From positions 64,001 through 128,000 of the forward strand of contig CAXXVD010000001.1 of NCBI GenBank assembly GCA_963662335.2: DNA of 64,000 nt. The letters are read 5' to 3'. This document shows positions 58,087 through 64,000 of the stretch, in pieces (position 1 is the first letter of the stretch; each line of letters starts with the position of its first letter). The notes below the pieces were generated by a model. It was not told the origin of the DNA. It searched no databases and saw only the letters and a list, made by a program, of their open reading frames with translations. The DNA comes from Chloroflexota bacterium. GTDB taxonomy: Bacteria; Chloroflexota; UBA11872; VXOZ01. The translations under genes and the position numbers were made by a program.

Positions 58087-58548
58087 GGTAATCTGCTCCC
58101 TTCATCCAACTACGGTTTCCTCATGCAGCGCGACTCCGCCGGCGCCCGCCGCCCCGGCGCGTCACGTGCCTATTGTACGCCCCGCAGCGTGAAACACAAA
58201 ACCGCCGCCCGGCCGGCAAAACATCTTACAGTTCAAGACTTTGCCGCCTTCGATCAAGTGTTCGCGACTGTTGTCATTCCGAGCGCAGCGAGGAATCTAG
58301 GGCTCGTCCCGCAGCGGATTCTTCATTGCCGCGCACGAGATTCTTCGTCGCGGAGTTTATCCTGAGCTAGCCGAAGGACTCCTCAGAATGACATATGGAG
58401 TTTGCGGCCGAACCTGTGGCGCGTGCGTTCTCGAGCGCTCCTGTGTGCTGCACGTCCACGCCTGCCGCTTGTGAACGGGCGTTGTTTGGCACGTTGTGGC
58501 GGTCTATACTGACCGGTGTACGAACAGATGGCTTTGGAGAATTGCGCC

Positions 58549-59439
58549 GTGCAACTGACCGGCATCTACCCGCCGCTGGCGACGCCGTTCGTCCAGCAGG
58601 AACTCGCGCTGGACCTGCTGGCGGAGAACGTCAGGAAACTCGCGCCTGCGGGCCTCGCCGGCTTCGTCGCGCTTGGCTCCAACGGCGAACTGCCCGCGCT
58701 CACCGAGACCGAAAAGCTACAGGTGGTCGAGACCGTGGTGGCGAACGCTCCCGCACAGTCGCAAGTGATCGCGGGCGTGGGCTACGAATCGACCCGGCAG
58801 GCGCTCACGTTTATTGCCCAGGCCGCTACGTACGGCGCGCAGGCCGCCCTCGTGCTGCCGCCTTCGTACTACAAGGCCGCCCTTACGCCGGACGTGCTGC
58901 GCGGCTACTACACGGCGCTGGCGGATGCGGCCGCCCTGCCGCTGCTGCTCTACAACATGCCCGCCAACACCGGCGTGAACCTGGGGCCGGACGTGGTCGT
59001 GCCCCTGGCGGAACACCCGCGCATCCTCGGCCTGAAGGATAGCTCCGGCAACATCGTTCAGATCACGGAAATCATCCGGCAGACGCAAGGCGCGGACTTT
59101 GCGGTGCTGGCGGGATCGGCCAGCTTTCTCTTTACGTCTCTCTGCGTGGGCGCAACCGGCGGCGTGGCCGCGCTGGCGAATCTCGCGCCGCGGGAGTGCG
59201 TGCAACTCTTCAAACACTTTCAAAACGGCGAGATGGACGCGGCGCGCGCGCTTCAATACCGGCTCATGGCGCCCAACGCCGCCGTCACGACCCGCTTCGG
59301 CGTCGCCGGCCTGAAAGCGGCCATGACCCTCTGCGGCTACCACGGCGGCGAGCCGCGCCAGCCGCTCGCGCCGCTGCCGCCGGCGCAGCACGCCGAAGTG
59401 AGCGCCATTCTCGCCGAGGCCCTACTGCCTGCGAAGTAG
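58549..59439 (+). CDS. DHDPS family aldolase (4-hydroxy-2-oxoglutarate aldolase/DapA-like)
   Basis: GIYPPLATPF, LGSNGE, LLYNMP..TG, GLKDSSG; GTG start after GGAG. Confidence 0.88.
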   Translation: MQLTGIYPPLATPFVQQELALDLLAENVRKLAPAGLAGFVALGSNGELPALTETEKLQVVETVVANAPAQSQVIAGVGYESTRQALTFIAQAATYGAQAALVLPPSYYKAALTPDVLRGYYTALADAAALPLLLYNMPANTGVNLGPDVVVPLAEHPRILGLKDSSGNIVQITEIIRQTQGADFAVLAGSASFLFTSLCVGATGGVAALANLAPRECVQLFKHFQNGEMDAARALQYRLMAPNAAVTTRFGVAGLKAAMTLCGYHGGEPRQPLAPLPPAQHAEVSAILAEALLPAK

Positions 59440-59458
59440 CTCGCGACGTGGGTGGCTG

Positions 59459-60346
59459 CTACGTGGTGGGAGCGAACAGCTTACAGCCGTCACACGCCCG
59501 GCTTATGGGCAGTTTCTCGCGCTTTTCCTCGCAGAACTTGCAGCCGTGCATGCCAAAGAACCACAGCGCGGGGTCCAGCGCGGCGCATGTGCCTTCTATA
59601 CCCGGCGGTCCACCAAAGTCCGCTTCCGCGACCGCTTCCTGCCACGCCGCGTGGATGATAGGCTTTGCCTTCTCAACAGTGAGATCGCCTGTCTGGGTCA
59701 CGCCAAGGTTTTCAGTGACGCGCTTTACATGCACGTCAACCGCTACAGTGAGAACGTTAATGCCATTAATCTTGGCCCCGCCGGGATTCGCCAGAATGCG
59801 CACCCACATAGGCCCAACTTTAGGACCCCTAAGCTTGGGATAGCGGTTCCTGCCATGCCGTTTGCTCCGCAAGTCTCGGAGCACTTCTTCGGCTTCGCCA
59901 ACACCATCGGCAACCGCGCGGGCGACCGCCCCTTCCCCAGAAGCCAAGCTCGACGCTATAGCGCTCCATGCCTCTGAATCCGGCCGATGATACCGGCTAA
60001 CCCCATGACTTGCTAATACTTCCCGCAGTGAGTCAATAGGTATAGCGGCGACCTTTGCCGGCTCAAATAGCTCCGGCCGCACGTGAAAGAACTCCAACCC
60101 GACGCGCCACAGGAGTTTGGCGTCTCTCATGGTGTTCATGGCCGAAATGAACGTGAGGAATTGCCGCACGTCGCGACTGGACACGCCTAGATCACGCAAC
60201 TCATCAACGCATTTCTTCGCAGGCATTTCAAGCCACGTGTCGCTCTGTACTATTCCTCTCAGTGACAAATCGAGGTTTGTGCCGTAGAAGTCGTTGGCGA
60301 TAGTTTCCGCCAACCGCGCGGCGCGTGTAGTTTTTTCGTCATTCAC
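59459..60346 (-). CDS. divergent HhH-GPD superfamily DNA glycosylase/lyase-like protein
   Basis: P.LRGPKVG.MW.R HhH-like segment, VAVDVHV.RV..NLG, LD..LW..G...C, C-terminal CxxC-x12-CxxC. Confidence 0.65.
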   Translation of the reverse strand: MNDEKTTRAARLAETIANDFYGTNLDLSLRGIVQSDTWLEMPAKKCVDELRDLGVSSRDVRQFLTFISAMNTMRDAKLLWRVGLEFFHVRPELFEPAKVAAIPIDSLREVLASHGVSRYHRPDSEAWSAIASSLASGEGAVARAVADGVGEAEEVLRDLRSKRHGRNRYPKLRGPKVGPMWVRILANPGGAKINGINVLTVAVDVHVKRVTENLGVTQTGDLTVEKAKPIIHAAWQEAVAEADFGGPPGIEGTCAALDPALWFFGMHGCKFCEEKREKLPISRACDGCKLFAPTT

Positions 60347-60397
60347 CGTGTGGTGCCTCTCACGTTGGCGTTGCAGTCAGATCCCCGCTAGCGCCAA

Positions 60398-61561
60398 TTA
60401 CGTCTTCACCGCCGCCAGCCGCTCCATCGCCTCCTTCAGCCGGTCGGTCGGGCACGCCAGCGAAATGCGGAAGTAGCCTTCGCCCGCCTCACCAAAGCCC
60501 ACGCCGGGTGTGATCACCAGGCCCGCCTCGTCCAGCAGCCGCACGGAGAAATCGATGGCGGAGATGCCCGCCGGTGTGGGCGACCACACGTAGAGGCTGG
60601 CCTTGGGCGTCTGCGCGTTCAGCCCCATGCCCGCCAGGGCGTTCAGGATCAGGTCGCGGCGTTCCTGGTAGATGGCGTTGCGCTCGTCGATCCACGCCTG
60701 CGGCGTCTCGTTCAGCGCCACCACGCCGGCCTCCTGCACCGCGCGAAAGATACCGGAGTCGATATTGGTCTTCACCCGCCCCAGCGCCTCGATGATGTCG
60801 GTATTGCCCACGGCCATGCCGATGCGCCAGCCGGTCATGTTGTAGGTCTTGGAGAGCGAATGGAACTCGATGCCCACGTCCATCGCGCCGTCCACTTCCA
60901 GGAAACTCAGCGGCTTATAGCCGTCGAAGCAGACCTCGGTGTAGGCCGCGTCGTGGGCGATGATCAGGTCGTGCTCCTTGCCGAACGCCACGCACTCCTC
61001 GAAGAACGCGCGCGGCGCCACCGCCGCCGTCGGGTTGTTCGGATAGCAGATCCAGAGCAGCTTGGCGCGCCGGATTACGTCTTGCGGAATGGCCTTGAGG
61101 TCGGGCAGAAAATCGTTCTCCGCCCGCAGCGGCACGTAGTAGGTCTCGCCGTCGGAGAAGAGCGTGCCCGTGTGGTAGACCGGATAGCCGGGGTCGGTGG
61201 CCAGCACCACGTCGCCGGGATCCACCACCGCCACCGGAAAGTGCGCGATGCCCTCTTTGGAGCCGATCAGCGAGACCACTTGGGTCTCCGGGTCCAGCTT
61301 CACGCCAAACCGCTTGCCATACCACGCCGCCACCGCCGCGCGGAATTCAGGCAGGCCCTCGTACTCCGGGTACTGGTGGGTGTAGGGCTTGGCCGCGGCC
61401 GCCGCCAGCGCGTCGATCACGTGCTGCGGCGTGGGCAGATCGGGATCCCCGATGCCCAGCGAGATGACGTCCACGCCCTCCTGCCGCTTGGCGGCAATGC
61501 GCCGGTCAACTTCGGCAAACAAGTACGGCGGCAGTTTGGCGATCCGATTGGCAAAACGCAT
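60398..61561 (-). CDS. dapL: LL-diaminopimelate aminotransferase
   Basis: LPPYLFAE.D, DVISLGIGDPD.PTP, LIGSKEGIAH, YPNNPT, HDAAY, EFHSLSKTYNMTGWRIG. Confidence 0.9.
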   Translation of the reverse strand: MRFANRIAKLPPYLFAEVDRRIAAKRQEGVDVISLGIGDPDLPTPQHVIDALAAAAAKPYTHQYPEYEGLPEFRAAVAAWYGKRFGVKLDPETQVVSLIGSKEGIAHFPVAVVDPGDVVLATDPGYPVYHTGTLFSDGETYYVPLRAENDFLPDLKAIPQDVIRRAKLLWICYPNNPTAAVAPRAFFEECVAFGKEHDLIIAHDAAYTEVCFDGYKPLSFLEVDGAMDVGIEFHSLSKTYNMTGWRIGMAVGNTDIIEALGRVKTNIDSGIFRAVQEAGVVALNETPQAWIDERNAIYQERRDLILNALAGMGLNAQTPKASLYVWSPTPAGISAIDFSVRLLDEAGLVITPGVGFGEAGEGYFRISLACPTDRLKEAMERLAAVKT

Positions 61562-61757
61562 GTGTGCATCCTCTTTCGTGTGCGCGTGTGTTCAGCTTCT
61601 CCTAAAGGGGAATTGGGGCTCCCCAACATGCAAAGCAGTCGCAATATACGGTATCACGAAACCGAACGAGAGCGGTAATTGCGCGAAGTAGCGCCTACGG
61701 TGTGTCAAGAACCGATTCAGCGGGACGGGAGAGCGCTACTGAAGTAGACGGTCTCTT

Positions 61758-61867
61758 CCCGTTCGTGCTGAACTTGTCGAAGCGTGAACGGCCGGAGCGT
61801 ACTTCGACAAGCTCAGTACGAACGGCTGGAGTGTACTTCGACAGGCTCAGTGCGAACGGCTGGAGCG
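61758..61867. repeat. REP-like cluster with 34-bp tandem period
   Basis: GAACGGCYGGAGYG at 61786, 61820 and 61854 with TACTTCGACARGCTCAGT between. Confidence 0.85.
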
Positions 61868-61894
61868 CGCGGGCGGCAACCCTGCAACCATGCC

Positions 61895-64000
61895 CTATGG
61901 CGACCACGCCGGATCGGCGTCCAGGGCGGGATTGTCCGTGAGCCGCGTAATCTCCCCGTCGGCCAGGTTCAGCACGTAGAGCTCGTAGTTCAAGTGTCTG
62001 ATGCTGTAGAACGCCAGGCGTTCGCCGTCCGCCGACCAGGCTGGGGCAAAGTCGTCGGCCGGGTGGGTGGTAAGCCGGGTCAAGGCGCTGCCTTCGGCGT
62101 TGATGAGATAAATCTCCCAGTTGCCGGAGCGCTTGCTGGTGAAGGCGATTCTGCGCCCGTCCGGCGACCACGCCGGCGCCGTATCCGCGGCCCGGTCGCT
62201 GGTGAGCCGCGCGTGCCCGCTGCCGTCGGCATTCATCACGTAGAGGTCGAAGTTCCGCTCGCTGTCGCTGATGTAGGCAATCCGCAGCCCGTCGGGCGAC
62301 CAGGACGGCGACAAATCGCGCCCCCGGTCCGTCGTGAGCCGCGTCTGCCCGCTGCCGTCGGCGTTCATCACGTAGACGTCCACGTTATTCTCGCGCTCGC
62401 TGTAGAAAGCCACCTTGCGGCCGTCGGGCGACCAGCGGGGGGAAAAGTCGTCGCCGGGATCGTCAGTTAGTTGCGTCACGCCGCTGCCGTCGGCGTTCAT
62501 CACGTAGATGTCGAAGTTGCCGGCCCGGTTGCTGGCAAAGGCGAGGCGGCGGCCGTCGGGCGACCAATTGGGGGCAACGTCGTTCGCCGGGTTATCCGTC
62601 AACCGCGTCAAGCCGCCTCCATCCTCATTCATCACGTATATCTCCCAATTTTCGTCGCGCAGGCTGGCAAACGCGAGCCGCGCCGGCCGCTCGACGCCGC
62701 CGGAGACGACGACGAACCGCTTGGCGCCGCCATAGCCGCTATTGTCGAAGATGATGGGAATGGCAAAGTCCGCGTCGGCCACCTCCGCCACCACAATCTT
62801 GAAGAGCAGACCGAAGTTGCCAAACGGCAGCGGCGCCGGCCCGGCGGCCGTCCAGTAGCCCGCCTCATCCGGCGGGGAGAGTTCCCATTCGCCCAGCAAC
62901 CCGCCTTCGCTCTCCGGCGCCAGCGTAACCGTGGCCGGCTGCTCGATGGGAAGCGTAAAGCGGAAGTGGCGGATATTGCGCGGCACGTGCAGCGCGCGCA
63001 CGAACGTGGTCGCGGTCTGCTCCTCTACGTCGAGCGTCGGCGGATCGACCGCGATGCGCCCCTGCGTATCCGGGCTATAGACGTCGCCAAACGGCAGCGC
63101 CGCGCTGCTGAAGACGCCGGTGACGCCGTTCACCGTCGTCTCGATGCGCACCGCGTACGCGCCGTCGCGGCGCAGCGTGGTGTAGCTGAGTTTGTATTGA
63201 CCGGCAAAGTCATTCACCAGGGCCTCGAATTGCGCCTCGAGCTGCGCCAGCTCCGCAACCGCGTAGTATGCGCCGTTCGTGGCCGTTGCCAAAGCGCGCA
63301 ATTCCGGCTCCTGGTAGACGTCCCCCAGCCCGAGCGGGTAGAGTTGCACGCCGCGCTCCTGTGCTCGCTCGATAACGCCGGCGCGCGTGCGCAGGCTGCT
63401 GGTGTCGCGACCGTCCGAGAGAAAGACCAAGGCGCGGCTGACGTCGCCCGGTACATTCTCCTCTACCGGGAACACGTCCAGCCCGCGCGCCACGGCGTCC
63501 CACAGGCGGCTGGAACCGGAATCGAAGCCGGATGCGGCAAACCGCGCAACCTCCGCCCGCACAGACTCCCGATCCGTGGTGGGAAACGCGAGAATCACCG
63601 GCTCCACGCTCCGATCGTGAAACGCCACGACCCCCACGCGATGGGCGGCCGGCAAGCGGTCGAGCGCGTTTGCAAGCGCGCGGCGCATGAGGACGCTGCC
63701 GGTCGTGCCGTCCGGCAACCGCCAGGTGGTCATGCTGCGCGTGAAGTCCAGGACGAACACCACTTCCAACGCAAACCGCGCCGCGGAATGCACGAAGAAG
63801 TTAGTCTCCGTGTAGTCGATTTCCTCCCAATCCGCCGCGCCGTCGCCGCGCTCGAAGATGCGCGTCGCGTCTTGCAGTTCCGCCGCCGGCAGAATCACGG
63901 GTTCGCCGTCCTGGTCGCGGAGGGAAAAGACCGCCTGCACCTGGCTGGGCTCGTTGAGCAACACGCGCACGCCCGCAAAGTTCAGCGCACTAATCTCGGC
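61895..64000 (-). CDS. vWA-domain plus TolB-like (PD40) beta-propeller protein, 5'-partial
   Basis: VLDFTRSM (MIDAS-like), FLSDGRD; six about 44-aa repeats IY.MNADGSG.TRLT....D..P.WSPDG; frame is open to the window edge. Confidence 0.88.
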   Translation of the reverse strand, partial: AEISALNFAGVRVLLNEPSQVQAVFSLRDQDGEPVILPAAELQDATRIFERGDGAADWEEIDYTETNFFVHSAARFALEVVFVLDFTRSMTTWRLPDGTTGSVLMRRALANALDRLPAAHRVGVVAFHDRSVEPVILAFPTTDRESVRAEVARFAASGFDSGSSRLWDAVARGLDVFPVEENVPGDVSRALVFLSDGRDTSSLRTRAGVIERAQERGVQLYPLGLGDVYQEPELRALATATNGAYYAVAELAQLEAQFEALVNDFAGQYKLSYTTLRRDGAYAVRIETTVNGVTGVFSSAALPFGDVYSPDTQGRIAVDPPTLDVEEQTATTFVRALHVPRNIRHFRFTLPIEQPATVTLAPESEGGLLGEWELSPPDEAGYWTAAGPAPLPFGNFGLLFKIVVAEVADADFAIPIIFDNSGYGGAKRFVVVSGGVERPARLAFASLRDENWEIYVMNEDGGGLTRLTDNPANDVAPNWSPDGRRLAFASNRAGNFDIYVMNADGSGVTQLTDDPGDDFSPRWSPDGRKVAFYSERENNVDVYVMNADGSGQTRLTTDRGRDLSPSWSPDGLRIAYISDSERNFDLYVMNADGSGHARLTSDRAADTAPAWSPDGRRIAFTSKRSGNWEIYLINAEGSALTRLTTHPADDFAPAWSADGERLAFYSIRHLNYELYVLNLADGEITRLTDNPALDADPAWSP

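Overview
A GC-rich bacterial chromosomal segment. The gene mix (many Tat lipoprotein sugar-binding proteins, Gfo/Idh/MocA oxidoreductases, sulfatase, fucosidase) suggests a Chloroflexota-like heterotroph, but that assignment is inference only. Housekeeping genes (mnmE, pyrE, recQ, selB, murF, ddl, prs, dapL, phhB) are interspersed with carbohydrate and amino-sugar catabolic genes, a TPP-riboswitch-controlled permease and a partly duplicated ABC exporter/GNAT locus. The strongest hidden signal is an exported thioredoxin-fold selenoprotein that the ORF track splits in two (43484-44140). It has an in-frame TGA at the first position of a U-P-V-C motif and a SECIS-like hairpin after it, lies directly behind ccdA, and selB is about 8 kb away. 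Intergenic regions carry at least five REP-like palindrome families. Their ends are repeatedly stuttered into tandem arrays, and two GTAG-REP copies sit in-frame inside a CinA/PncC gene. No rRNA, tRNA, CRISPR-Cas, transposase or prophage was recognised. All product calls come from motif recognition by eye, not from database searches.
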